Shown here: positions 23,864-33,044 of the stretch, one piece after another
Position numbering within the stretch: position 1 is the first letter of the stretch
Layout of the letters: each line of letters begins with the position of its first letter
Origin: Pseudomonadota bacterium
Lineage (GTDB): Bacteria; Pseudomonadota; Gammaproteobacteria; Burkholderiales; Burkholderiaceae_C
NCBI GenBank assembly: GCA_023387335.1
Contig: JAEWIF010000003.1
Coordinates: forward strand, 135,496-199,495
Reading direction: 5' to 3'
DNA: 64,000 bases
Notes under the pieces: generated by a model
What the model was told of the DNA's origin: nothing
Database searches by the model: none
Seen by the model: the letters and a program-made list of their open reading frames with translations, nothing else
Program-made: the position numbers and the translations under genes

Positions 23864-26124
23864 GCCCGCACGCAGTCCGCGAAGTACTTCACCTTGCCCT
23901 CGGCGTCGACCTCTTCCACCAGGCCGTGGATGTCGGTCTCGAAGCCCGGGCACTGCGAGTTGAACTCGCGCGAGAACTTCAGGTAGTCGACGATCTTCTT
24001 GTTGAAGACCTCGCCCGGGATCAGCAGCGGGATGCCCGGCGGGTAAGGCGTGATCAGCGAAGTGGTGATGCGGCCTTCCAGCTCGTCGATCGGCACCCGC
24101 TCGGTCTTGCGGTGGGCGATGTGCGAGAAGGCGTCGCTCGGCTTCATCGCCGGCGTCAGGTCCGACAGGTACATGTCGGTCGTGAGGCGGGCGATGTCGT
24201 ACTTGGCGTACATCTCGTGCACCAGCTGGCACAGGTCGGCCAGGCCCATGCGCTCGTAGCGCGGGTACTGGGCGCAGAACTCGGGGAGGATGCGCCACAT
24301 CGGCTGGTTGCGCGCGTAGTCGTCCTTGAACTGCTGCAGCGCCGTCAGCAGCGTGTTCCAGCGGCCCTTGGTGATGCCGATGGTGAACATGATGAAGAAG
24401 CTGTACAGGCCCGTCTTCTCCACGATGATCCCGTGCTCCGCCAGGAAGCGCGTGACGATCGAGGCCGGGATGCCGGTCTTGGCGAACTTGCCGTTCAGGT
24501 CCAGGCCGGGCGTGACCACGGTGGACTTGATCGGGTCCAGCATGTTGAAGCCCTCGGCCAGGTTGCCGAAGCCGTGCCACTTGGCCGTGCGGGCCTCGCC
24601 CTTGATGATCCAGTCGTCGGCGCGGCCGATGCCCTCCTCGGCCAGCTTGTCCGGGCCCCAGACCTTGAACCACCAGTCCTTGCCGTACTCCTGGTCGACC
24701 TTGCGCATGGCGCGGCGGAAGTCCAGCGCCTCCTGCAGGCTCTCCTGCACCAGCGCGGTGCCGCCGGGCGGCTCCATCATCGCGGCGGCCACGTCGCAGC
24801 TGGCGATGATCGAGTACTGCGGGCTGGTCGAGGTGTGCATCAGGAACGCCTCGTTGAACAGGTGGCGGTCCAGCTTGGTCTGCTTGGCGTCCTGCACCAG
24901 CACGTGGCTGGCCTGGCTGATGCCGGCCAGCAGCTTGTGGATGGACTGGGTGGCGTAGACCAGCGACTTCTCCGGCCGCGACCGCTTCTTGCCCATGGCA
25001 TGGAAGCTGCCGTAGAACGGATGGAAGGCCGCGTGAGGCAGCCAGGCTTCGTCGAAGTGCAGCGCCTCGACGTAGCCGTCCAGCATGCCCTTGATGGTTT
25101 CCGTGTTGTAGAGGACGCCGTCGTAGGTGGACTGCGTGAGCGTCACGATGCGCGGCTTCACGTTGTCGGCGTCCACGCCCGCCAGCAGCGGGTTGGCGCG
25201 GATCTTGGCCTTGATCGCCTCGGGCGTGAATTCGCTCTGCGGGATCGGTCCGATGATGCCGAAGTGGTTGCGCGTCGGCTTCATGAACACCGGGATCGCC
25301 CCGGTCATGATGATCGAGTGCAGGATCGACTTGTGGCAGTTGCGGTCCACCACCACCACGTCGCCGGGCGCCACCGTGTGGTGCCACACCATCTTGTTCG
25401 ACGTCGACGTTCCGTTCGTCACGAAGAAGCAGTGGTCGGCGTTGAAGATGCGCGCCGCGTTGCGCTCGCTGGCCGCCACCGGGCCGGTGTGGTCCAGCAG
25501 CTGGCCCAGTTCGTCCACCGCGTTGCAGACGTCGGCGCGCAGCATGTTCTCGCCGAAGAACTGGTGGAACATCTGGCCGATCGGGCTCTTGAGGAAGGCC
25601 ACCCCGCCCGAGTGCCCCGGGCAGTGCCAGGAGTAGGAGCCGTCCTCGGCGTAGTCCAGCAGCGCCTTGAAGAACGGCGGCTGGATGCCCTCCAGGTAGC
25701 TCTTGGCCTCTCGGATGATGTGGCGCGCCATGAACTCCGGCGTGTCTTCATACATGTGGATGAAGCCATGGAGCTCGCGGAGCACGTCGTTGGGCAGGTG
25801 CTGCGAGGTCTTGGTCTCGCCGTAGATGTAGATCGGCACGTCGCTGTTCTTGCGGCGCACCTCGGTGATGAAGTTGCGCAGGTTCAGCACCGCCGGGTCG
25901 GGCTCCGGCCCCTGGGTGAACTCCTCGTCGTCGATCGACAGGATGAAGGCGCTGGCGCGGCTTTGCTGCTGCGCGAACTGCACCAGGTCGCCGTAGCTGG
26001 TGACACCGAGCACCTCCATGCCCTCGGCCTCGATCGCCTGGGCCAGCGCGCGGATGCCCAGCCCGGACGTGTTTTCCGAGCGGTAGTCTTCGTCGATGAT
26101 GACGATGGGGAAGCGGAATTTCAT
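23860..26124 (-). CDS. Wing-domain arginine/lysine/ornithine decarboxylase (LdcA/AdiA family)
   Basis: WHCPGHSGG, TNGTSTSNK, DRNCHKS, HFDEAW, PLP lysine TQSIHKLL, HTSTSP. Confidence 0.95.
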   Translation of the reverse strand: MKFRFPIVIIDEDYRSENTSGLGIRALAQAIEAEGMEVLGVTSYGDLVQFAQQQSRASAFILSIDDEEFTQGPEPDPAVLNLRNFITEVRRKNSDVPIYIYGETKTSQHLPNDVLRELHGFIHMYEDTPEFMARHIIREAKSYLEGIQPPFFKALLDYAEDGSYSWHCPGHSGGVAFLKSPIGQMFHQFFGENMLRADVCNAVDELGQLLDHTGPVAASERNAARIFNADHCFFVTNGTSTSNKMVWHHTVAPGDVVVVDRNCHKSILHSIIMTGAIPVFMKPTRNHFGIIGPIPQSEFTPEAIKAKIRANPLLAGVDADNVKPRIVTLTQSTYDGVLYNTETIKGMLDGYVEALHFDEAWLPHAAFHPFYGSFHAMGKKRSRPEKSLVYATQSIHKLLAGISQASHVLVQDAKQTKLDRHLFNEAFLMHTSTSPQYSIIASCDVAAAMMEPPGGTALVQESLQEALDFRRAMRKVDQEYGKDWWFKVWGPDKLAEEGIGRADDWIIKGEARTAKWHGFGNLAEGFNMLDPIKSTVVTPGLDLNGKFAKTGIPASIVTRFLAEHGIIVEKTGLYSFFIMFTIGITKGRWNTLLTALQQFKDDYARNQPMWRILPEFCAQYPRYERMGLADLCQLVHEMYAKYDIARLTTDMYLSDLTPAMKPSDAFSHIAHRKTERVPIDELEGRITTSLITPYPPGIPLLIPGEVFNKKIVDYLKFSREFNSQCPGFETDIHGLVEEVDAEGKVKYFADCVRA

Positions 26125-26249
26125 GCGGGTCGGCCGAGGGCCGGAAAGTCAAGGCGCGAAGTGTATGCAAATCGGGTGACGCGACCGGGGCATCGCCGCT
26201 CACCCACAATCGGCCCATCCGTAATTTTCGAACACGGAAGGAGGCCCGG

Positions 26250-26675
26250 ATGGCGGATTCGACGGTGTGGTGGCTGCTCACGGGCGCGGCGGTCGCCGTG
26301 GAACTGGTCACCGGAACCTTTTACCTGCTGATGCTGGCCATCGGCCTGGCGGCCGGCGCGCTGGCCGCCCACGCGGGCGCCGGGATGGCGGCGCAGCTGG
26401 TCACGGCGGCCCTGGTGGGCGGCGGCGCGGTGGCCGCCTTGTACGTCATTCGCCAGCGGCGCCCCGCCACGCCGGGCGCCGCCGCCAACCCCGACGTGAA
26501 CCTGGACGTGGGCGAAACCGTGATGGTCGAAGCCTGGCGGCCGGACGGCACCGCCCTGGTGCGCTACCGCGGCGCCAGCTGGACGGTGGCCCACCCGCCC
26601 GGCGCGGCCCCCGCGGCCGGCCTGCACCGCGTGCGCGAGGTGGTCGGCAACCGCCTCATCGTCGAGAAGATCTGA
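26250..26675 (+). CDS. NfeD-family membrane protein
   Basis: N-terminal TM helices with ELVTGTFYLL, C-terminal OB-fold; upstream of an SPFH gene. Confidence 0.88.
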   Translation: MADSTVWWLLTGAAVAVELVTGTFYLLMLAIGLAAGALAAHAGAGMAAQLVTAALVGGGAVAALYVIRQRRPATPGAAANPDVNLDVGETVMVEAWRPDGTALVRYRGASWTVAHPPGAAPAAGLHRVREVVGNRLIVEKI

Positions 26676-26698
26676 ACCCCCAAGAAGGAAGAACAACC

Positions 26699-27616
26699 AT
26701 GGAAATCGCCCTCGTCCTGTTCGTCATCGCCGTCATCTTCGTGGTGCGCGCCGTCAAGGTCGTCCCCCAGCAGCACGCCTGGGTGGTGGAGCGCCTGGGC
26801 AAGTACCACGGCTCGCTCACCCCGGGCCTGAACTTCCTGGTGCCCTTCATCGACAAGGTGGCCTACAAGCACAGCCTGAAGGAGATCCCGCTGGACGTCC
26901 CCAGCCAGGTCTGCATCACCCGGGACAACACCCAGCTGCAGGTGGACGGCATCCTGTACTTCCAGGTCACCGACCCGATGCGGGCCAGCTACGGCAGCTC
27001 CAACTACATCGTGGCCGTCACCCAGCTGGCCCAGACGTCGCTGCGCAGCGTGATCGGCAAGCTGGAGCTGGACAAGACCTTCGAGGAGCGGGACGTCATC
27101 AACGCCCAGGTCGTGCAGGCCATCGACGAGGCGGCCCTGAACTGGGGCGTGAAGGTGCTGCGTTACGAGATCAAGGACCTGACGCCGCCGGCCGAGATCC
27201 TGCGCGCCATGCAGGCCCAGATCACCGCCGAACGGGAGAAGCGCGCCCTGATCGCCGCGTCCGAAGGCCGCCGGCAGGAGCAGATCAACATCGCCACCGG
27301 CGAGCGCGAGGCCTTCATCGCCCGCTCCGAAGGCGAGAAGCAGGCCGAGATCAACCAGGCCCAGGGCGAGGCGGCCGCCATCCTCGCCGTGGCCGAAGCC
27401 AAGGCCGAGGCCATCCGCAAGGTCGCCGAAGCCATCCGCCAGCCGGGCGGCGAGCAGGCGGTGCAGCTGGAAGTGGCGGAGAAGGCGGTGGACGCGTTCC
27501 GCAACGTGGCCAACGAGTCGCAGACCACGCTGATCGTCCCGGCGAACATGAGCGAGGTCTCGACCCTCATCGCGTCGGCGATGAAGATGATCCAGGCGGG
27601 CCGGCCGACGGTCTGA
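26699..27616 (+). CDS. SPFH/stomatin-like protein (QmcA/paraslipin family)
   Basis: VVERLGKYH...PGLNFLVPFID, ITRDN, WGVKVLRYEIKD, AEREKRA. Confidence 0.93.
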   Translation: MEIALVLFVIAVIFVVRAVKVVPQQHAWVVERLGKYHGSLTPGLNFLVPFIDKVAYKHSLKEIPLDVPSQVCITRDNTQLQVDGILYFQVTDPMRASYGSSNYIVAVTQLAQTSLRSVIGKLELDKTFEERDVINAQVVQAIDEAALNWGVKVLRYEIKDLTPPAEILRAMQAQITAEREKRALIAASEGRRQEQINIATGEREAFIARSEGEKQAEINQAQGEAAAILAVAEAKAEAIRKVAEAIRQPGGEQAVQLEVAEKAVDAFRNVANESQTTLIVPANMSEVSTLIASAMKMIQAGRPTV

Positions 27617-27620
27617 TCGT

Positions 27621-27769
27621 CTGTCCAATTGACTGTCCATCTGTCTAGACACTGTCCAAGCGACAGCTTAGACAATGCTCCGTGTGGTGCTCCGACGACG
27701 CGTCTGTTTAGTCTGTCTTGACAAATGACCTAAGACAGTTCAACCTTCTGTCCAACACTGTTTGGACAA
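27621..27769. repeat. Dense CTGTC/GACA motif array, putative operator
   Basis: About 14 direct and inverted copies in about 150 bp, including TGTCTAGACA, CTGTCTT-N12-AAGACAG and TGTCCAA-N6-TTGGACA; TTGACA at 27718. Confidence 0.8.
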
Positions 27770-27778
27770 AGGCTGAAT

Positions 27779-28843
27779 GTGTTGAGCAGCAAGGAAGTTC
27801 TGGAGCGCACCGGCATCTCGCGGGCGACCCTGAACAACTACATCGGGAGCGGCCTCGTGCCGCGCCCGGAGGTGCTGCCGCCCAGCCCCGAGCACGGCGC
27901 GGCGCCCCGCATCGGCTACTTCCCGGACGACACGGTCGACCGCATCGGCCAGATCCAGCGGCTCAAGCAGCAGGGCTGGAGCATCGCCCGCATCGCCGCC
28001 CACCTGGCGGGCGGTGCACCGGTGGAAGCGGGGGCGCCGGCCCCGGCCCCGCAAGCGCCGGTCGTCCACCGCGTCGCCGAACCGGCCCCGGCACCGGCAT
28101 TCGCTGAGCGCCCCGCCGCCCCGCCGGCGGTCGTCTCCGTTTCCCCTTCCCGCGCCCCGGCGCCCATCCTCACGCCCGTCGCGCTCCTCGTCAGCACGCT
28201 GCAGGACGCCGGCGAGCTCTGGCTGCAGCTGCCCGCCGGCGAGTACTTCGAGCTGGTCAACGAGGTCTGGCTCGAGCTGGACCGCATCTTCCGGCGCCAC
28301 GGTGGCCGCCACGGCAAGCATCCGGGCGAAGGCATGGTCTGCCACTTCCTGCCGCAGACGTCCGCCAGCTACCTGTGGAGCGCCCTCGCCGCCGCCCACC
28401 AGGCCCGCGAGGCCATGCGCCAGATCAGCAGCCGCTGGCAGGCGCGCAAGGGCTGGGACTTCGAGCTGTGCATGAACACCGGCGTGGACGAAGGCCAGGA
28501 ATGGCTGGGCGCGCTGCGCCTGTCCGAGCCGCTGGAACTCACGGTCGTCGGCGGCGCCGCCGACCACGCGGCCCAGCTCTCGCGGTCGGGGCGCGACAGC
28601 GCCGTGTGGGTCACCCGCAACCTGGTGGGCAAGCTGTCCGCCGACGAGCGCCGCGCCCTCACCTTCGGCGTGCCCCGGGCCGACCGGCGCGTGCTCTCCA
28701 GCTTCGCCCGCCTGGCCGACCTGGCCGCCACCCACGGATCGCCCGCGGTACCCGCCGCGCTGGCCGACCTGCCCGTCACCGAACTGCTGGACCTGGACAC
28801 GGTCCCGCCCTCTCCCCACTCGCCGTCCAGGCCCCAGGCCTGA
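27779..28843 (+). CDS. MerR-type HTH fused to a degenerate class III adenylate/guanylate cyclase-like domain
   Basis: EVLERTGISRATLNNYIGSGLVP HTH; Pro/Ala linker; RHGGRHGKHPGEGMVCHF, MNTGVDEG, TVVGGAADHAAQLS follow the cyclase motif order. Confidence 0.75.
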   Translation: MLSSKEVLERTGISRATLNNYIGSGLVPRPEVLPPSPEHGAAPRIGYFPDDTVDRIGQIQRLKQQGWSIARIAAHLAGGAPVEAGAPAPAPQAPVVHRVAEPAPAPAFAERPAAPPAVVSVSPSRAPAPILTPVALLVSTLQDAGELWLQLPAGEYFELVNEVWLELDRIFRRHGGRHGKHPGEGMVCHFLPQTSASYLWSALAAAHQAREAMRQISSRWQARKGWDFELCMNTGVDEGQEWLGALRLSEPLELTVVGGAADHAAQLSRSGRDSAVWVTRNLVGKLSADERRALTFGVPRADRRVLSSFARLADLAATHGSPAVPAALADLPVTELLDLDTVPPSPHSPSRPQA

Positions 28844-28864
28844 GGAAACAGGAAGGAACACACC

Positions 28865-29227
28865 ATGCGCTGGTTCAAGCCGAATCTCAGGAACAGCCTG
28901 CATGCCATCTTCAGCGGCGGGCTGGGCACCTCGCGCCTCATCGAGGAGGACGAGGACACGCTGGTCAGCATCGAGGACATCCGCACCCGGATGACCGAGA
29001 TGCTGTCCTCGCACGACGACGAGCGCGCCACCATCGTGCGGCGGCGCATCCGCTACGCCGACAGCGTCGAGTCGCTCTGGTTCCTGCGTGGCGAGCTGAT
29101 GGCGGTGCTGTCCCGGTCGCGCGGCGAAGCCCGGGCGCTGGAGATGATCGCCAGCGTCAGCGACATGTTCGACGACCTGCTCCCGGAAGGCCTGCGCTCG
29201 CGCCCCAGCCCGCTCGGCCGCTACTGA
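28865..29227 (+). CDS. Hypothetical helical protein
   Basis: 120 aa, strong AGGAAGGA RBS, host-like codon usage, co-directional with the MerR-cyclase gene. Confidence 0.8.
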   Translation: MRWFKPNLRNSLHAIFSGGLGTSRLIEEDEDTLVSIEDIRTRMTEMLSSHDDERATIVRRRIRYADSVESLWFLRGELMAVLSRSRGEARALEMIASVSDMFDDLLPEGLRSRPSPLGRY

Positions 29228-29351
29228 ACCTCAGCGGTTACAGCCCGCAATGGCTGAGGCTCCCGCCTTACCTGTGCAACACACGGTGCCCTGACCCCGG
29301 CCGAAGAATCCTCCCAACGCCGCGCCCCTTGCGCGGCTCCGCGGGAGGCAC

Positions 29352-30596
29352 ATGGCCACCTTGCATTCGCGCGACGCGCCACCGGCATGCGCGTTGACGC
29401 TCTTCCTCCTGGCCGGTTGTGGCGGCGGCGGCAGCAGCGCCGGCGTCAGCCTGGTGGACCCGCCGGATCCGCCCGGGCCCGCCCTCGCCATCCGCACCAG
29501 CCCGCCCGCCCTGCTCCAGGTCCCGCCGGCGCCCAACGTGCTCCCCATCTCGCTCGGCCGCGGCCCCCGCGGCACGGCGTTCAACGCGCCTTTCGTCTCC
29601 GTCACGATCTGCATTCCCGGCACCGCCACCTGCCAGACCATCGACCAGGTGCTGCTGGACACGGCCTCTTCCGGCTTGCGCATCGCCGCCTCTGCGCTGC
29701 GCAGCGGCATGGACCTGCCGTCGCTGCGCACGGCGGCAGGCGCCCCGGTCTCGCAGTGCGTCCCGTTCGCGAGCGGCGCCGCCTGGGGATCGGTGCGGCG
29801 GGCGGACGTCCGCCTGGCCGGCGAAGAAGCCCAGGCGATCCCGATCCAGGTGTACGAGCGCGCCGGGCCCTCCTCGCCCCCGCGGCCCGGCGCCTGCGCC
29901 ACCGCGAGCGACCTCGCCCAGGTGATCGACGCCAACGGCGTCCTGGGCGTGGGACTGCGTCGGCAGGACTGCGGCGCCGGCTGCGAGTCCGCCAGCCCGG
30001 CGGCGGTCTACTTCACCTGCGCGGGCGGTCCGTGCACGCCGGCCGCGGTGGCCCGCGGCAGCCAGGTCGGCAACCCGATCGCCGCGCTGGGCGCCAACAG
30101 CAACGGCCTGGCCATCCTGCTGCCGCGGGTGCCGCCGGGCGGATCCAGCGCGGTCACCGGCGCCGCGATCCTGGGCATAGGCACGCAGCCGAACAACGTT
30201 CTCGGCGCCGCGCGCGTGTTCGCGCCGGACGCCGAAGGCTTCCTGGCCGCCCGCTACAAGGGCGCGACCTACCGATCCTTCCTGGACACGGGCACGAACA
30301 GCGTGCGCGTGCCGGACGCGGACCTGCCGTTGTGCGGGGAGTTCTATTGCCCGCCGCAGCCCGGGTCGCTGATGGCCACGATCAGTTCACCGGCCGGCGC
30401 TTCGCAGGACGTCGAGCTCACGTTCGAGTCGCCGGGCGCGATCAGCCCGGACGCCGTCGCCGCGGTCATCGCCGGCGGCGCGCGGACCGGGCGGTACGTG
30501 AACTGGGGGCTGCCGTTCTTCTTCGGGCGGACGGTGCACCTGGCGATCGAAGGCGCGGAGACGCCGGCGGGGGTGGGCCCTTATTGGGCGTTCTAG
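29352..30596 (+). CDS. DUF3443-like lipoprotein with pepsin-like aspartic protease motifs
   Basis: Lipobox LAGCGGGG; PFVSVTICIPGTATCQTIDQVLLDTASSGLRI; FLDTGTN; WGLPFFFGRTV. Confidence 0.8.
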   Translation: MATLHSRDAPPACALTLFLLAGCGGGGSSAGVSLVDPPDPPGPALAIRTSPPALLQVPPAPNVLPISLGRGPRGTAFNAPFVSVTICIPGTATCQTIDQVLLDTASSGLRIAASALRSGMDLPSLRTAAGAPVSQCVPFASGAAWGSVRRADVRLAGEEAQAIPIQVYERAGPSSPPRPGACATASDLAQVIDANGVLGVGLRRQDCGAGCESASPAAVYFTCAGGPCTPAAVARGSQVGNPIAALGANSNGLAILLPRVPPGGSSAVTGAAILGIGTQPNNVLGAARVFAPDAEGFLAARYKGATYRSFLDTGTNSVRVPDADLPLCGEFYCPPQPGSLMATISSPAGASQDVELTFESPGAISPDAVAAVIAGGARTGRYVNWGLPFFFGRTVHLAIEGAETPAGVGPYWAF

Positions 30597-30997
30597 CTGG
30601 AAAGCCGCGCGCGGCGGGTGTGCAGCCTCAGGAGGGCCCAGGCCAGCGCCGCGCCGAGGAGGCCGCCGGCGGCGTCGATCCCGATGTCGGTGAGCCTTCC
30701 CACGCGCCCGACAGCCAGGAACTGGAGCGCCTCGGTCGCCGCCCCCAGGCAGGCGGCGAGCGCGATCGCCCCGGCCGGTCGCACCCGGCCCGTCCAGAGC
30801 AGCGCGGCGGACAGCAAGGCGAACCCGAGGAAGTGGCCCAGCTTGTCAGGATGCAGGTAGGCGGGGAACGGACGCAGCAGTTCGTTCTTCGAGCCCACGG
30901 GCATCAGCGTGGCGATGAAGATGCAGGCGAGCGCCAGGAGCGCGAGGCTCCAGGCGATGACTTGGCGCGGGGAAAGACTTCGGGACGAGGACTGCAC
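30593..30997 (-). CDS. VanZ-family membrane protein
   Basis: DKLGHFLGFALL, TEALQ, GR...DIGID. Confidence 0.85.
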   Translation of the reverse strand: MQSSSRSLSPRQVIAWSLALLALACIFIATLMPVGSKNELLRPFPAYLHPDKLGHFLGFALLSAALLWTGRVRPAGAIALAACLGAATEALQFLAVGRVGRLTDIGIDAAGGLLGAALAWALLRLHTRRARLSS

Positions 30998-31015
30998 CGG
31001 GCCATTGTCCTGGCT

Positions 31016-32281
31016 CTATTGGGCTTTGCGAGCGACCCCGGCGCGGGAGGGCGCCCGCCGGCAGAGCGCCAGGACTTCGGACTCAAACTTGCCAAGGACG
31101 GTGTCACGATCCAGCTCGCTGAGCGCGAACCGGCGGGCGTTCTCACCCATGCGGGCACGCTCGTGGGGATCGTCCATCAGCTGGCGAACGGCCGCGGCCA
31201 GCGCCGGCGCGTCCTCGGCCGGCACGACCAGTCCGCACCGGGCGCGCTCCGAAACCACCTGCGCCAACTCCGTCTGCGGAGCGGCGGTGGCCACCACCGC
31301 CCGCCCACTGGCCAGCATGCCTGTCAGCTTGGACGGCATCACCAGATCGGCCGCATCCGCACGCTGCGGCAGCAGGTGCACGTCGGCCAGGGCGAGGAAA
31401 TCGCCGAGCCGGCTGAGCGGCTGCAGCGGAAGGAAACGCACGTTGGGCAGGCCTTCGCAGCGGCGCATCAGCTCGTCGCGACCCGTGCCATGCCCGCAGA
31501 ACACGAACAACACCGAAGGATCGTCGCGCAGCAGAGCAGCCACCTCGGCCAGCACTTCCAGCCCCTGCTTGTTGCCCATGTTCCCCGAGTACATGGCGAC
31601 GCGCGTTTCGGGCGCCAGGCCAAGTTCCTCGCGGTAGCTGCTGCGAGCCTGTGGCTGCACCAGCGACAAGTCGGCCCAGTTCGGAAAGAACACCAGTTGC
31701 CCGGGCCACAAACCCTTGCTGCGGGCCAGTTCCATCATCCGGCCGGAGATGGTGGACACGCGGTCGAACCGCCGCATCAGCCACCGCTCCATGGCCAGCA
31801 GCATCCGGCGCGATCGCGCGCCGGCCAGCAGGCCCATGCTGAACGCCGCGTCCACTTCGAAGTCCTGGATGTGCAGCCACGACTTGCCACCGGAAGCCTT
31901 GGCCACCAGGGCCGCCACGGGCGCGCAGGCCAGGGTCGGCTCCACCACCCACACCAGTTCCGGCCGCCAGAAGACCTGGCGCAGCGCCACCGGCAGGCTG
32001 GTGAGGGCGAAGCTGGCCAGGTGCAGCATGCGCTTGAGCCCGCCGGCATTGCGCGGCACCCACAGCGGGCAGCGCCACACGGTGAGCGAGGCGCCCTGCT
32101 CCGTTCGCCACAGCCAGCGCGAATAGCCCTGGCGCACCTTCCACTCGGGGTAATAAGGCGGCGCGGTGATGACGCGCACCTCGTGGCCCCGGGCGGCCAG
32201 CCATTCAGCCAGCTCGCCGGTGTACTTGCCCGTGCCGGTCAGCTCGGGGGCGAAATTGATCCCGTAGAGGAGTATTCGCAC
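31016..32281 (-). CDS. wcaI: WcaI-family GT4 glycosyltransferase
   Basis: ILLYGINFAPELTGTGKYTGE, PPYYPEW, HIQDFEVDA, YSGNMGNKQG, MPSKLTGMLASG. Confidence 0.9.
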   Translation of the reverse strand: MRILLYGINFAPELTGTGKYTGELAEWLAARGHEVRVITAPPYYPEWKVRQGYSRWLWRTEQGASLTVWRCPLWVPRNAGGLKRMLHLASFALTSLPVALRQVFWRPELVWVVEPTLACAPVAALVAKASGGKSWLHIQDFEVDAAFSMGLLAGARSRRMLLAMERWLMRRFDRVSTISGRMMELARSKGLWPGQLVFFPNWADLSLVQPQARSSYREELGLAPETRVAMYSGNMGNKQGLEVLAEVAALLRDDPSVLFVFCGHGTGRDELMRRCEGLPNVRFLPLQPLSRLGDFLALADVHLLPQRADAADLVMPSKLTGMLASGRAVVATAAPQTELAQVVSERARCGLVVPAEDAPALAAAVRQLMDDPHERARMGENARRFALSELDRDTVLGKFESEVLALCRRAPSRAGVARKAQ

Positions 32282-32304
32282 GGCGCTCCTACTGCTTTGG
32301 CCGC

Positions 32305-32337
32305 AAAGAAATCGGGCCCGGAGGTGCCGGGCCCGTT
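32305..32337 (-). terminator. Intrinsic terminator after the lipoprotein gene
   Basis: Minus strand CGGGCCCGG-CACCT-CCGGGCCCG followed by ATTTCTTT. Confidence 0.6.
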
Positions 32338-32354
32338 GAACTCACGTCAGCGGC

Positions 32355-32924
32355 TTAAGCGCCGCCGGTCACTTGCGTCACGGAGACGCTGGTGATCTTG
32401 CTGCCACCGACCAGGATGTCGCCGTTGGACTGGATCACCACGCTGGTCGTGATGGGTGCGGACGTGGTGCCGTCCAGGGACACGGTGGCTTGCACGGACA
32501 CCGTGCCGCCGGTGGCGGCGGCGTTGGCCGTGTTCAGGTCGATCTTGCAGTCGGACACCGTCACGGTGGCGCCCACCACGAGCGGGCTCGGCGCGACGAA
32601 GGTCGATTGCGTGATCACGAAGATGCACGAGCCGAAATTCAGGTTGCCGGTGGCCGACGCGCCCCCCGACGAGATGCCGAAGGTCGGCTGGGTGCCGGCC
32701 GTCACGGTCAGCGTGGTGGCAGCGGTGGTGCCCAGGACCGGAATGCCGTTGAGAAAGCTGATCGCCTGGCCGTTCAGCGCCTGCGCCGCGGCGGCGCCCG
32801 TCGTCTTGTTCACGGCGATCGGCGCCGCGTCAGCGGCCACGGTCGTGGTGCTGTCGCCGCCGCCGCCGCAGGCCACGAGGGCCGCGGTCGCCACGCAGGC
32901 AAACAGGTAGTTGAATTTCCGCAT
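32355..32924 (-). CDS. Thr/Ala/Gly-rich beta-strand lipoprotein, unknown function
   Basis: MRKFNYLFACVATAALVACGGGG lipobox; purine-rich RBS; two internal Cys. Confidence 0.8.
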   Translation of the reverse strand: MRKFNYLFACVATAALVACGGGGDSTTTVAADAAPIAVNKTTGAAAAQALNGQAISFLNGIPVLGTTAATTLTVTAGTQPTFGISSGGASATGNLNFGSCIFVITQSTFVAPSPLVVGATVTVSDCKIDLNTANAAATGGTVSVQATVSLDGTTSAPITTSVVIQSNGDILVGGSKITSVSVTQVTGGA

Positions 32925-33044
32925 TTCCCTCTTCCTCTCGAGTCTGGGTTGGATTAGCTCAATCGAACGGAAGAGTACATGACTTGTATCCGTCCGTAAA
33001 TAGCATTGGAGGAAGTTGCAAGGCCATAGGTCCGAAAACGAGGC

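Noticed and set aside
27621..27769. CRISPR array or iteron-type origin
   Set aside because: The repeats are 5-7 bp, in mixed orientation, with no constant repeat-spacer period. No cas or rep gene is nearby.
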